64,000 nt of DNA from Parcubacteria bacterium DG_74_1 (GTDB lineage: Bacteria; Patescibacteriota; Minisyncoccia; Minisyncoccales; DG-74-1), in the NCBI GenBank assembly GCA_001303125.1, contig LJNE01000001.1, positions 17,737 through 81,736 of the forward strand, written 5' to 3'. A program made the position numbers and the translations under genes. This document shows positions 9,277 to 18,397 of this stretch, piece after piece (the stretch's first letter is position 1; the number at the start of each line of letters is the position of its first letter). The notes beneath the pieces are model-generated. The model ran no database searches and was not told the DNA's origin. It saw only the letters and a list, made by a program, of their open reading frames with translations.

Positions 9277-9334
9277 ATATCGAGCTTTTAAAATTTATTA
9301 GGACGAAGCTGGAAAAGAAGAAGGTCACCTTTGG

Positions 9335-11059
9335 CTATCTTTCTTCGGCTACCCTGAGCACCTCCTCTATGGTAGTAATGCCCTGGAGGGCTTTTATGAT
9401 ACCGTCTTGGAACATGGTAACCATTCCTTGACGTTTGGCTTCTTGTTGAAGATTTTCAACGGTCGGAGCCTTTAAAATTATTTCTGACAGCTGGTTAGTC
9501 ATTTCAAAAACTTCAAAAACGGCTAATCTCCCTGAAAAACCTGCTTTATTACATTTGTTACAGCCACCCGGCTCAAAGACAGTTAAGGGTCTTTTGATTT
9601 TGATTTTTTCTTTAGCCTTCGGGGGCATGTTCTCAATTTCTTTCAAAATTAAATCTTGAATTGCTTTTTTCGCCTTTACTTCTTTCCTACAGTTTTCACA
9701 AAGCTTCCTAACCAATCTTTGGGCAATAATACAGCTTAAAGCCGGTGGAATTAAGTACGGCTTTATGCCCAAGTCAATCATCCTGGGAATTCCGCCCAAA
9801 GAATCGTTGGTATGCAAGGTTGATAAAACTACGTGACCAGTCAAGGCAGCATGACTGACTAAAAAGGCGGTTTCCTCGTCTCTAATTTCTCCCACCATAA
9901 TAACATCCGGGTCTTGCCTTAAAACATGTCTTAAGCCTCGGGCGAAATCGTAATGAATCTCCGGTCTAATTTGGGACTGATTAATTCCTTCAATAAAATA
10001 TTCCACCGGCTCTTCTAAGGTAATAATATTAACCCCTTCTTTATTGAGAACCTGTAAAACGGCATAGAGAGTAGTGCTTTTCCCGCAGCCGGTTGGCCCA
10101 GTAACTAAAATCAAGCCGTAAGGCCTTTGAGCCGCCTTTTTTACCACCTCGAAATTACGCGCTTCCATCCCTAACTCTTCAAATTTCTTTAAACCAACCT
10201 CTGGATCCAAGACCCTGAGAGCCACTTTTTCTCCCATGGTAGTGGGAAAAGTGGAAACTCGAAAATCAATATTTTTACCGTCAATATTAGCTGTAAATCT
10301 CCCGTCCTGAGGAACTCTGGTTTCGTCAATTCTCAGATTGGAGAGAATTTTAACTCTGGCAATAATCGCCGGATGAGCTTTCATGGGTAAAAGAAGGGAA
10401 GCGTGCAATTGGCCTAATAATCGAAAACGCACCCTCAGCCTGTCTTTACCAGGTTCAATATGAATATCTGAAGCCTTCCCCTCAACCGCGTGTCTCAAGA
10501 TCACGGCCACAATCTTGGTAACCGGAGCCTCTTCGGCCAATCTTTCAAATTCTTCTGCCGTCTTGGGGACTTTCTCCTCCTTAAATTCAACTTTCAATTC
10601 TTCTAAGGCTCTACCCACTTCTCCCTTGAGGGTACGATACTGTCTTAAAGCTTTGTTAAAAACATTCGGAGTAATAAGAAAAGTCTGGTAATTGAAATTT
10701 CCCTGGCGGGCTAAAAATTTCAAGGCCTCTTCGGCGTTCAAGTCTTCAGGATAAATCATCCCCACTTCCAAAAGATTATCTTTTTTGGCCAAAGGTATCA
10801 TTCTGTAATGTTTGGCAGCGTCCTCAGGGATTGATTCTAAAACCTCTAAAGGAATTTCCTCGGCAACAATATCGGTTTTCAAGGGAATTTTAAGGCTTTT
10901 TGCTTTTAAGTTAAATAAAAAATCTTCGGAAGTTATTCCTTTTTTCAGTATTATTTCTTCTTCTCTCTTACCCGAAGACTTAATTTCAAACTCTAAAGAA
11001 GCGGCCTTCTCTTTCTCTAATACTCCTTTTCCAACTAGTTGCTGAACTAAGTTAGACAC
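9335..11059 (-). CDS. pilB: type IV pilus assembly ATPase PilB (GspE family)
   Basis: Walker A GPTGCGKSTT and a tetracysteine CENC...CNKC. I prefer the GTG start at 11059 (MSNLVQQLVGKG), 1 nt after the upstream stop. The track ORF runs to 11164 but overlaps the previous gene by 104 nt. Confidence 0.9.
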   Translation of the reverse strand: MSNLVQQLVGKGVLEKEKAASLEFEIKSSGKREEEIILKKGITSEDFLFNLKAKSLKIPLKTDIVAEEIPLEVLESIPEDAAKHYRMIPLAKKDNLLEVGMIYPEDLNAEEALKFLARQGNFNYQTFLITPNVFNKALRQYRTLKGEVGRALEELKVEFKEEKVPKTAEEFERLAEEAPVTKIVAVILRHAVEGKASDIHIEPGKDRLRVRFRLLGQLHASLLLPMKAHPAIIARVKILSNLRIDETRVPQDGRFTANIDGKNIDFRVSTFPTTMGEKVALRVLDPEVGLKKFEELGMEARNFEVVKKAAQRPYGLILVTGPTGCGKSTTLYAVLQVLNKEGVNIITLEEPVEYFIEGINQSQIRPEIHYDFARGLRHVLRQDPDVIMVGEIRDEETAFLVSHAALTGHVVLSTLHTNDSLGGIPRMIDLGIKPYLIPPALSCIIAQRLVRKLCENCRKEVKAKKAIQDLILKEIENMPPKAKEKIKIKRPLTVFEPGGCNKCNKAGFSGRLAVFEVFEMTNQLSEIILKAPTVENLQQEAKRQGMVTMFQDGIIKALQGITTIEEVLRVAEER

Positions 11060-11060
11060 A

Positions 11061-11330
11061 TTAATAAGACAGAAAAGGATTCTCCCGGCCAATTTCTCCT
11101 TCAAAAGGAGGAATTTCTTCAAAAAGCTGAAACTCTTGAAGGAGGGGGCTTTGTAATACCTCAAAATTTATTTTTATTACCGGAAGTCTCTCAATCTCGG
11201 GAGATGGGGGCAACGGCTCCGTCATAAACCTTTGCCAAATAAAAACGAAAAAACCCGCAGTTATTATTACCAAGAAAACGAAAATCAAATTTCTTTGTCT
11301 TTTTCTATATTGAAGAAAAGATTCGTCCAT
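11061..11330 (-). CDS. small single-pass membrane protein of the pilus operon (function unknown)
   Basis: 89 aa with one TM (LIFVFLVIITAGFFVFIW). It ends GRENPFLSY, reminiscent of the R-D/N-P-F motif I recall from PilP-type proteins (weak). It sits between pilO and pilB. Confidence 0.5.
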   Translation of the reverse strand: MDESFLQYRKRQRNLIFVFLVIITAGFFVFIWQRFMTEPLPPSPEIERLPVIKINFEVLQSPLLQEFQLFEEIPPFEGEIGRENPFLSY

Positions 11331-11334
11331 AAAA

Positions 11335-11859
11335 TTAGTAAGAATAGAATTTTATTCCTAACGCAAAAATAAAATAATCTTGTCCTAATTGAGAGGTAGA
11401 GAAATCAATAGATGTTACCTCGATAAGTCTAGATGATTTTTCCAATGTATGGAGCCATTCCTTAAAAGAGGAATATGAGCCAGCCAGCGAAAAACCAAGA
11501 CGATGTTCTTGAATATTCGGCCTTTGATCAAGAGCATAAGTAGTAACTTCTCCTATTGATGCTAAAATGAGGTCGTTTTCGGCGCTAATCTTTTCCAGAT
11601 AATCCAGCAAAGAGGGAAAGGAAAGTTCTGAAGGGAGAGCGGAATCAATTTTAGAAAGAGACTCCTGGTATTCTTTTAATTCTTCCGACATATTATATAG
11701 ATCTGTAAAATAATCTTTCGTTCTCTGAAGCTCGGCCTCTCTTTGATCAACTTCAACCCGAAGGACGTTCAACTCCCGATATTTGGGCAAAATTAAGGTC
11801 ATTATCAAAACCAGGCTGATAACAATAAAAATAATAATGATGATGATGCGGTTTGTCAT
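11335..11859 (-). CDS. pilO: PilO-like pilus alignment protein
   Basis: Start moved to ATG 11859 (MTNRIIIII), 1 nt after the pilN stop. One TM, a coiled coil and a C-terminal ferredoxin-like part (FSLAGSYSSFKEWLHTLE). Confidence 0.65.
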   Translation of the reverse strand: MTNRIIIIIIFIVISLVLIMTLILPKYRELNVLRVEVDQREAELQRTKDYFTDLYNMSEELKEYQESLSKIDSALPSELSFPSLLDYLEKISAENDLILASIGEVTTYALDQRPNIQEHRLGFSLAGSYSSFKEWLHTLEKSSRLIEVTSIDFSTSQLGQDYFIFALGIKFYSY

Positions 11860-11860
11860 A

Positions 11861-12424
11861 TTAGGGCAGAGGGATAAAAATCTCAGGGCTAAGAAGAAGA
11901 GAGAAAGTAAAGCGGATCGGTACCTCTTGGGTTGCAATTTCTTTCCCTCTCACAAACGAAACCCCAGATAGAGTCACATCTCGAATAAGTTTTTCTTCTT
12001 TGAAAATAAGAAGCTGCTGGCCTAAAGACTTAAATGAATCGGTCTGGCCACCGATAACAACAGTGGCCCCTTTTTCGTTAGAGGAGAAACTAAAACCAGA
12101 AAACCAAACTTTCGGATGAGATATACTTTCTAGATAATCAAAAATATTCGAGCCCGCTTCATGGGCATCAAGCAAAAAAGAGAAATCTTCAATTTTTTTC
12201 TGTTGGCCAAGCATTTCCTCTATTAAGGCGAGATTTTGGGGAGTTTTTTCTTTGACCGCATCTTCCTTCAGTCTTTGAATCGTTTGATTAGTTTCTTTTA
12301 CAGAAGTACTTAAAAAAAAGTAGCTCAAGACCGTAGCCAAAAGGAGGACTATTGAAACAAACAATAAGATATTTGCCAAAAAAGGAGTTTTTTCTGCTGG
12401 CTTGGGAATAATTTCTACTGCCAT
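11861..12424 (-). CDS. pilN: PilN-like pilus alignment protein
   Basis: 187 aa with one N-terminal TM. It lies between pilM and pilO. Sequence conservation is weak. Confidence 0.6.
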   Translation of the reverse strand: MAVEIIPKPAEKTPFLANILLFVSIVLLLATVLSYFFLSTSVKETNQTIQRLKEDAVKEKTPQNLALIEEMLGQQKKIEDFSFLLDAHEAGSNIFDYLESISHPKVWFSGFSFSSNEKGATVVIGGQTDSFKSLGQQLLIFKEEKLIRDVTLSGVSFVRGKEIATQEVPIRFTFSLLLSPEIFIPLP

Positions 12425-12461
12425 AAATTTATTCTGTACCGTTATGAATTGAAACGGATTT

Positions 12462-13571
12462 CTATGTTTTCTCTAGGCCCCTCAAGGCGGCTCCTACTGC
12501 TACAGCATAACGCGGACCCATCTCTTTTAATGATTCTTCTAAAATTGATGGGGAAGAAATCTCGGAAAAAGGGTTGGCAATCTCTGTTTCTTTTTTAAAA
12601 TAATTCTCAAAATATTTCTTTAACCCTGGCAAAAGACTGACGCCGCCCGCAATTATAAATTTTTGAATATTTTTACCTGTTGTCTGATTAAAATGAAGGG
12701 TGACCTTTTCTGTTTCTTTTAAAACAACATCAACTAAAGAAGTTAAAATTTTTTTGACACTTTTTACTGACGAAATAGTAGCAATATCAGCGGAAGACAA
12801 GGGAATCTTTTCTAACCCATATCTTTCCTTAAGATTTTCAGCTGTCGGATAATCCACGTATAATTCTTCAGCCACTCTTTTAGTTAAATCGCTTCCAGAA
12901 AAGTCAAAGCTGTAGGACAGTCTAAGAGTTCCTTTGTCTATTATACTACAAGTAGTAGTCTGAGCGCCAATGTCAATAATAGCAACCGTGTCTTTCTCTT
13001 CGGCCGGGATCAAAGAACGAATCAGACTGAAAACCTCAGCTTCCATGGCTCGAGGTTGAAGATTAGCCAATCGAGCAATTTCTCGATATTGATTAACTAT
13101 TTCGTTAGGGACAGCCACCAAAATAATTTCTAATTTTTCTTTTGTTTGCCCAACACCCTTGTTTTCAATCATCCCCCAGTCCAAGGTTACCTCTTCCAAG
13201 GGAAGAGGAACATGTTGCTTGGCTTCAAAAAGCACTGCCTGAGGAATCTCTTCTCTACTCATCGGCGGTAACTCTAAGGTGGTAAAAAAACTGGAAAAAT
13301 CAGGAATCGAAAAGATGCACTCGCGCGTCTTAAATCCTGCCTCCTTCATTGCCGTCTTTATTACTTGGGCGATATCTTGACTTGAAAGTAAAAGGGTATT
13401 TTTTTCAAAAGTCCGGAATTGATTTTTCTGACCAACCTTGGCCTTCATTTCGGCATAATTCTCCAGTTTTTTCTTCTCTCCCTGGCCCGATAATTCTACC
13501 ATCTTGATACCAGAGGTACCGACATCTATTCCCAAGAATCTTTTTGAAGAAAATATCTTCGAGAAAATCAT
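12462..13571 (-). CDS. pilM: PilM (actin-like ATPase fold) pilus assembly protein
   Basis: FLGIDVGTSGIKMVEL phosphate-1 motif, 369 aa, first gene of the locus. Confidence 0.85.
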   Translation of the reverse strand: MIFSKIFSSKRFLGIDVGTSGIKMVELSGQGEKKKLENYAEMKAKVGQKNQFRTFEKNTLLLSSQDIAQVIKTAMKEAGFKTRECIFSIPDFSSFFTTLELPPMSREEIPQAVLFEAKQHVPLPLEEVTLDWGMIENKGVGQTKEKLEIILVAVPNEIVNQYREIARLANLQPRAMEAEVFSLIRSLIPAEEKDTVAIIDIGAQTTTCSIIDKGTLRLSYSFDFSGSDLTKRVAEELYVDYPTAENLKERYGLEKIPLSSADIATISSVKSVKKILTSLVDVVLKETEKVTLHFNQTTGKNIQKFIIAGGVSLLPGLKKYFENYFKKETEIANPFSEISSPSILEESLKEMGPRYAVAVGAALRGLEKT

Positions 13572-13577
13572 AGAGTT

Positions 13578-13586
13578 ATTATATCA
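13578..13586 (-). promoter_or_regulatory. extended -10 element (TGATATAAT) 6 nt upstream of the pilM ATG
   Basis: Minus-sense TGATATAAT-aactct-ATG. No -35 element recognised and the DNA is AT-rich, so support is weak. Confidence 0.3.
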
Positions 13587-13600
13587 TACAAATAAAAACA

Positions 13601-14019
13601 ATGGTATTCAAGAAATTAACAGATCTTATCTTGGAGGTTTTTCGCCAAAGTTCTGTTTCGGCTGTCAAAGAAAGGGAGGTTATCTCCGTGAAGGCTGCCG
13701 GGCTATTTCGGAAATCTCTAAATCCCACAAGCAACATTCTGACCGACGCCTTAAAGATTTGTATTTCGCTCTCCCCTACCAACATCTCCTAATTAAAAAC
13801 TTGATTCAGAAATTTAAATACCAACCCTTTGTCAAAGAACTGACTAAACCTCTCTCTCTGCTAATTATAGGATACTCTCATTTACTAGACAACAAAACAA
13901 ACTTTACAGATTTTACCATTATACCAATCTCCCTTGAAAAAAGAAAGCTCAAATACCGAGGATTTAATCGGGGCAAAGAAATTATTGGTATTTTAATTGC
14001 CAGAGCCCGCCCCGACTAA
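13601..14019 (+). pseudogene. comF: ComF-family (competence protein F-like) remnant, frameshifted and C-terminally truncated
   Basis: The frame from ATG 13601 gives MVFKKLTDLILEVF. After the T5 run at ~13640-13644 the ComF-like sequence continues in another frame (SPKFCFGCQRKGGYL..., KYQPFVKEL, IIPISLEKRKLKYRGFNRG). It stops ~15 aa after RGFN, so the whole phosphoribosyltransferase-type domain is missing. Confidence 0.55.
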
Positions 14020-14043
14020 GACCGCCCTTAGTCAAAAAATCGG

Positions 14044-14068
14044 CCAGGCCGGTTTTTTATTAGCAGAA
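14044..14068. terminator. bidirectional hairpin terminator
   Basis: AAAAAATCGGCC-a-GGCCGGTTTTTT lies between the comF remnant (+) and the 3' end of tRNA-Ser (-). Confidence 0.45.
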
Positions 14069-14078
14069 ACTTTTCTTA

Positions 14079-14165
14079 CGGCGGGAGTAGGATTCGAACC
14101 TACGGTACTCTTTCGAGTACAGCTGTTTTCAAGACAGCCCCGTTCGTCCACTCCGGCATCCCGCC
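14079..14165 (-). tRNA. tRNA-Ser(UGA)
   Basis: Hand-folded class II cloverleaf. Acceptor GGCGGGA/TCCCGCC, anticodon loop CTTGAAA, long variable arm, T-loop TTCGAAT. No encoded CCA. Confidence 0.9.
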
Positions 14166-14324
14166 GATAGGACAGATAGAAGAGGCGAGGTAGGAAAGTA
14201 GTCGCGACGGCTTCGCCACATGCTTTAGCAATTTCAGGTTTTCAGTGAACTTCGCGCGCTTTGGCAGCTTAGGTCTCGCAAGGCGAGGTGCAAGGCAGGT
14301 AAGGCTTCTACAAATTCCAGCTGA

Positions 14325-14413
14325 CGGAGAGGGTGGGATTCGAACCCACGAGGGGATTTTACTCCCCTAACACGTTAGCAGTGTGCCGCTTTCGACCACT
14401 CAGCCACCTCTCC
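14325..14413 (-). tRNA. tRNA-Ser(GCU)
   Basis: Class II cloverleaf. Acceptor GGAGAGG/CCTCTCC, anticodon loop CTGCTAA, long variable arm. A31-C39 mismatch. Confidence 0.9.
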
Positions 14414-14505
14414 GGCTATTTTATATCTTACCCGCTAAAATTCATCAAGTCAATTGAATTAAAATAAATTTTATGATAAATTATAAATTGAAAATAAAAA
14501 TTTAT

Positions 14506-14581
14506 GCGCCCGTAGTTCAATGGATAGAACGTCAGGTTGCGGACCTGAAGGTTAGAGGTTCGACTCCTCTCGGGCGCACCA
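14506..14581 (+). tRNA. tRNA-Arg(GCG), CCA encoded
   Basis: Acceptor GCGCCCG/CGGGCGC, anticodon stem TCAGG/CCTGA, loop TTGCGGA, T-loop TTCGACT, terminal ACCA. Confidence 0.85.
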
Positions 14582-14588
14582 ATAAATT

Positions 14589-16721
14589 ATGGATTTCTTC
14601 ACGCCTCTTGAAAAAATCCCACGGGTTGGTCCTCAATACCAAAAAAGATTAAAGAGATTGGGGATTAAAACCGTTGGGCATCTTCTTTTTCATTTTCCTC
14701 ACCGGTATGAGGATTTTTCGAATGTAATACCGATATCCGAAGTTAAAAGAGGTGAAATGGTTTCAGTCCAAGGAAAGATTTTGGATATCAAAAATATTAG
14801 AACTTTTAGGAAAAGAATGGTTTTAACCCAGGCCTTGGTTGGAGACACTAGCGGAAGCTTACAGGTAATTTGGTTTAACCAGCCTTATTTAATAAATAAT
14901 TTCAAAAAGGGGGATTTTCTTTTCTTGGCAGGAAAAATGAATCAGTCAAAAAGCGGAAGATACCTCTCTTCCCCCGCTTATGAAAAAATTTCGGATGAAC
15001 TCCGATTCAAGAATTCCGACTTGATTCATACGGGGAGATTAGTCCCGGTCTACCCCGAAACCGAAGGGCTTTCTTCGAGATGGCTAAGGTTTATAATAAG
15101 ACCACTCTTGGATCAGTTAAAAGATGAAGTTTCCGATCCTTTACCCGATTACCTGACAAAAAAATATAATTTTCTTGACTTGAAAGAGGCCCTCTGGCAA
15201 ATTCATTTTCCCGACTCTTTGAGATTAGCCCAGGAAAGCAAGAAAAGGTTTATCTTTGAGGAATTGTTTATTCTTTCTCTTTTCGTTTTAAGAGAAAGAA
15301 CGAAATTAGCCAAAGAAAAATCAGTAAGCGTGCCTTTAAATGTAGGGCTTGCCAAACAATTTGTAAAAAGTTTGCCTTTTCAGTTGACAGACGACCAGAA
15401 GAAAGCTTCTTGGCAAATATTAAAGGATTTGGAAAGGCCCTTTCCCATGAACCGACTTTTACAAGGAGATGTCGGTTCGGGGAAAACTGTAGTGGCCGCC
15501 ATGGCTGCTCTAAACACAGTTAAGACAGGTTATCAAATAGCTCTCCTTGCTCCGACCGAAATTCTAACCCAGCAGCACTACCAAACCTTTAATCTGCTTT
15601 TGAAAAAAAATAAAATAAGTATTGGTTTAATTACCGGCAAGGAAAATAAATTTAAAAATAAGAACATAAAAAGAAAAGGGCTGCTGAGGAAGACAAAAAG
15701 TGGAGAGGTTGATATTTTAATAGGAACTCACGCCTTGGTCCAAAAAGAAGTTAAGTTTGGGAAACTAGCTTTAGTTATTGTAGATGAACAACACCGTTTC
15801 GGAGTAGAACAAAGAGCGGGTCTCTGTCAGCAAAAAGACTTAATCCCCCACTTTCTTTCAATGACGGCCACCCCCATTCCCCGGACTCTTTCTCTGACAA
15901 TTTACGGCGACCTTGATCTTTCTCTGATTAAAGAGCTACCCAAAGGGAGAAAAAAAATAATTACGGAAATCATTCCTCCGGAAAAAAGAAACAAGGCCTA
16001 TAATTTTGTTAGAGAACAAATAAAAAAAGGCAGACAGGCTTTCGTTATCTGTCCAAGAATAGAACCCTCTGCCACTTTTCAAGAAAATAATTTTAATCAG
16101 ATTAATTTAGAAAAGCGCGATAGGGGGTGGGCCGAAGTGAAAGCAGCAAAGGAGGAGTATAAAAAACTTGCTGAAAAAATATTTCCCGAATTCAAGGTAG
16201 CCCTTCTTCATGGAAGGATGAAGAACGAAGAAAAGGAAAAAATAATGAAAGGATTTAAAAAAGGTAAAACAGATATTCTGGTCTCAACCTCGGTGATTGA
16301 AGTTGGCATTGATATAGCCAACGCCACGATTATGCTAATTGAAGGCGCTGATAAGTTTGGTTTAGCCCAGCTTCACCAGTTTAGAGGAAGGGTCGGCCGG
16401 GGCAAAGAGCAGTCCTTTTGTTTTCTTATGACCGACTTTCCTTCCCAAAAAACAAGCCAAAGATTGAGGGCTTTGATTAAATGTAACAACGGATTTGAGT
16501 TAGCAGAAAAGGATTTAGAAATCAGAGGACCGGGCGACTTCATTGGTCAACGACAGTGGGGCATACCAAATATTGCCATGGATGCTCTAAAAGACATCTC
16601 TTTGGTGGAAGAAACTCGCAAAGAGGCGAAGGAAATCTTAGAGAAAGACTCCCACCTTAAAAAGTATCCTCTCCTGAGAGAAAAACTTAGAGAGTTTAGG
16701 GAAAAAATACACCTTGAATGA
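14589..16721 (+). CDS. recG: ATP-dependent DNA helicase RecG
   Basis: 710 aa. N-terminal wedge/OB region, helicase motif I GDVGSGKT, DEQH box (VDEQHRFG), TATPIPRT motif. Confidence 0.9.
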   Translation: MDFFTPLEKIPRVGPQYQKRLKRLGIKTVGHLLFHFPHRYEDFSNVIPISEVKRGEMVSVQGKILDIKNIRTFRKRMVLTQALVGDTSGSLQVIWFNQPYLINNFKKGDFLFLAGKMNQSKSGRYLSSPAYEKISDELRFKNSDLIHTGRLVPVYPETEGLSSRWLRFIIRPLLDQLKDEVSDPLPDYLTKKYNFLDLKEALWQIHFPDSLRLAQESKKRFIFEELFILSLFVLRERTKLAKEKSVSVPLNVGLAKQFVKSLPFQLTDDQKKASWQILKDLERPFPMNRLLQGDVGSGKTVVAAMAALNTVKTGYQIALLAPTEILTQQHYQTFNLLLKKNKISIGLITGKENKFKNKNIKRKGLLRKTKSGEVDILIGTHALVQKEVKFGKLALVIVDEQHRFGVEQRAGLCQQKDLIPHFLSMTATPIPRTLSLTIYGDLDLSLIKELPKGRKKIITEIIPPEKRNKAYNFVREQIKKGRQAFVICPRIEPSATFQENNFNQINLEKRDRGWAEVKAAKEEYKKLAEKIFPEFKVALLHGRMKNEEKEKIMKGFKKGKTDILVSTSVIEVGIDIANATIMLIEGADKFGLAQLHQFRGRVGRGKEQSFCFLMTDFPSQKTSQRLRALIKCNNGFELAEKDLEIRGPGDFIGQRQWGIPNIAMDALKDISLVEETRKEAKEILEKDSHLKKYPLLREKLREFREKIHLE

Positions 16722-16733
16722 TTATCCCTTTCC

Positions 16734-18251
16734 TTACCTTGTCTTTTCTGTTACCCAAAAACCTAAGGGTTTTCCCAATATTAATCTGGCCTGAGCTTCT
16801 AAAGCCGGAAGGGCACCAAAAAAAATTAAAGTGACCGGCAGCAAGAGCCACTGGAAGAACATGGAAAGATTTTTCAATTTAGAATAATTTTCGGGCCGCG
16901 GAGGCAGGAGTAAAAAAGAAATCGCCGCAGAAGTCAGCATGCCAACCATAGATAAGGTCATTAAATTGGCGATCAGCTTTGGCAGGTTATAAGCCAAGAG
17001 GGTAACGTTGAAAGTTCCTCCGCCTAAAACTAAGGGTAGCCAACCCAAAAAGAAAATCAAAAGAGCGGCTGCCGCCCAAGACCAGAATCCTTCAAAAAGA
17101 ATAAAGGTCTGACGAAATTTCTCAAAAAGAGGAATTTTTTTGTTTTTTAAAAAACCATAAAGCAAATAAGGAATATTCTCTGCCCCCCACGCCCAACGTC
17201 TTTGTTGCTTGTATTGGTTAACTATTGTTTTAATCAAGCTTTTAGCCATCACAGCATCCATAGAAACCGGATAATATAAAGGAATCACCCGGTAATCGCC
17301 ATCATAAGCCAAATAAGACTTCCAAAAGATTCTAGAGTCATCGGAAACCAGACTGGAGGGATAACCAACTTCTAAAAGAGTTTTAAAAGGAAGGGAGTGA
17401 GAAGAATAAGAGACCAATTGCTCGGGCCTTGCCTGCTGCATCATTTGCCAAAAGGTACCGGAAGTAGCAATGACCCGGGAAAAAGCCGGAGCCTGCCAAA
17501 TATTATTATTATAGATCGGGATGGGTTGATAAGAAGACCTTAAAGGATTTTCAGCGGTTAAGTAATGATAGGTCAAGCAGGCAAAATAGCAAGGATAGGG
17601 TCGAGTGTCAATATCAAAATTAGAAATAATAACTTTTTCCGGCGGTATCCCGAATTTCTCTAAAATTTTCTCTTTAGCTTCTTTTGCCGCCCAGGCAACA
17701 TTAGAACCCTTGCCGGCTATCTCACCCGAGATGTTTTGAGGATGTATTGTAATTAAAAAATGAAAAAAATTTTTAGAAAACTCCTTTTTAGCTTCCCGGG
17801 CTATTTTTTGAGCTTGCTCCCCCGCCCTTTCTTCAACGGCCAAAACGACAATTAATCTTTTCTTTGGGTATTCCGAATCAGCCAAGGCCTTAAAGGTAGT
17901 CCTTATTATTCCAAAATCCTCTTTATATGTTGGCAAGATTATCAGATGATAAATACTTTTCCAGTCGGGTAAATTATTCAATTTTTCTAGCCAGTCTATT
18001 TTTGTAACCTTTCTCATCTGCTGAAAACTGGCTACTTGATGAAAAGATAAATAAGCAACTTTTAATAGCCAATAAAGGGCGAAAATAATAACAAACAAAG
18101 CTACAGCAACAGGCGCCAGCCAGGACAAAATAAAAACTCCGACCAAAGCTCCCCACGAAAAGAGACCGGGAAGAATTTCAAAAAACCGATAGATAACTCT
18201 CTCTTTTTTATCCTTGAGATCTTGGGCCCGAGAAAGGTTAAGATAATCCAT
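16734..18251 (-). CDS. membrane-embedded family-2 glycosyltransferase, processive type (QxxRW)
   Basis: 505 aa. GT2 core (IILPTYKED..., FDID), QQRRWAWG motif and multiple TM segments at both ends. The ATG is 1 nt after the tRNA-Glu 3' end. Confidence 0.7.
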   Translation of the reverse strand: MDYLNLSRAQDLKDKKERVIYRFFEILPGLFSWGALVGVFILSWLAPVAVALFVIIFALYWLLKVAYLSFHQVASFQQMRKVTKIDWLEKLNNLPDWKSIYHLIILPTYKEDFGIIRTTFKALADSEYPKKRLIVVLAVEERAGEQAQKIAREAKKEFSKNFFHFLITIHPQNISGEIAGKGSNVAWAAKEAKEKILEKFGIPPEKVIISNFDIDTRPYPCYFACLTYHYLTAENPLRSSYQPIPIYNNNIWQAPAFSRVIATSGTFWQMMQQARPEQLVSYSSHSLPFKTLLEVGYPSSLVSDDSRIFWKSYLAYDGDYRVIPLYYPVSMDAVMAKSLIKTIVNQYKQQRRWAWGAENIPYLLYGFLKNKKIPLFEKFRQTFILFEGFWSWAAAALLIFFLGWLPLVLGGGTFNVTLLAYNLPKLIANLMTLSMVGMLTSAAISFLLLPPRPENYSKLKNLSMFFQWLLLPVTLIFFGALPALEAQARLILGKPLGFWVTEKTR

Positions 18252-18252
18252 G

Positions 18253-18327
18253 CGGCCCCAACCGGATTTGAACCGGTGTTACCAGGATGAAAACCTGACG
18301 TCCTAAGCCAGACTAGACGATAGGGCC
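18253..18327 (-). tRNA. tRNA-Glu(UUC)
   Basis: Acceptor GGCCCTA/TGGGGCC (one G-U pair), D-arm CGTCTAG typical of Glu, anticodon loop TTTTCAT. Confidence 0.9.
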
Positions 18328-18361
18328 AATAACAATACTATTAAATAGTTTAATTTAATAT

Positions 18362-18390
18362 TTGAAAAAAATCAAGGAAAAGCTTAAAAT
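18362..18390 (+). promoter_or_regulatory. sigma70-like promoter abutting the valS start codon
   Basis: TTGAAA (18362-18367), 17 nt, TAAAAT (18385-18390), 7 nt, then ATG 18398. The TTG start given in the ORF track is the -35 hexamer itself. Confidence 0.5.
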
Positions 18391-18397
18391 AAATTAT

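Noticed and set aside
11060-11164. N-terminal extensions given by the ORF track (pilB 11164, pilO 11937, PilX-like 2838, valS 18362, gpsA 38299, DUF4446-like 37218, Nudix 41671, kinase 52376, MBL 29380, rny 54271, rplS 32821)
   Set aside because: The extensions overlap upstream genes, tRNAs, terminators or promoter hexamers. Internal starts give N-termini that match family expectations.
14166-14324. Identification of the GC-rich spacers (also 38349-38547 and 54453-54560) as SRP RNA, RNase P RNA, 6S RNA or tmRNA
   Set aside because: I could not find the conserved cores I remember for these RNAs. These are the SRP GGAA-tetraloop with its AGCAGC strand, the RNase P GAGGAAAGUCC sequence, and the tmRNA tRNA-like ends. 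The spacers are left as unassigned rather than named.
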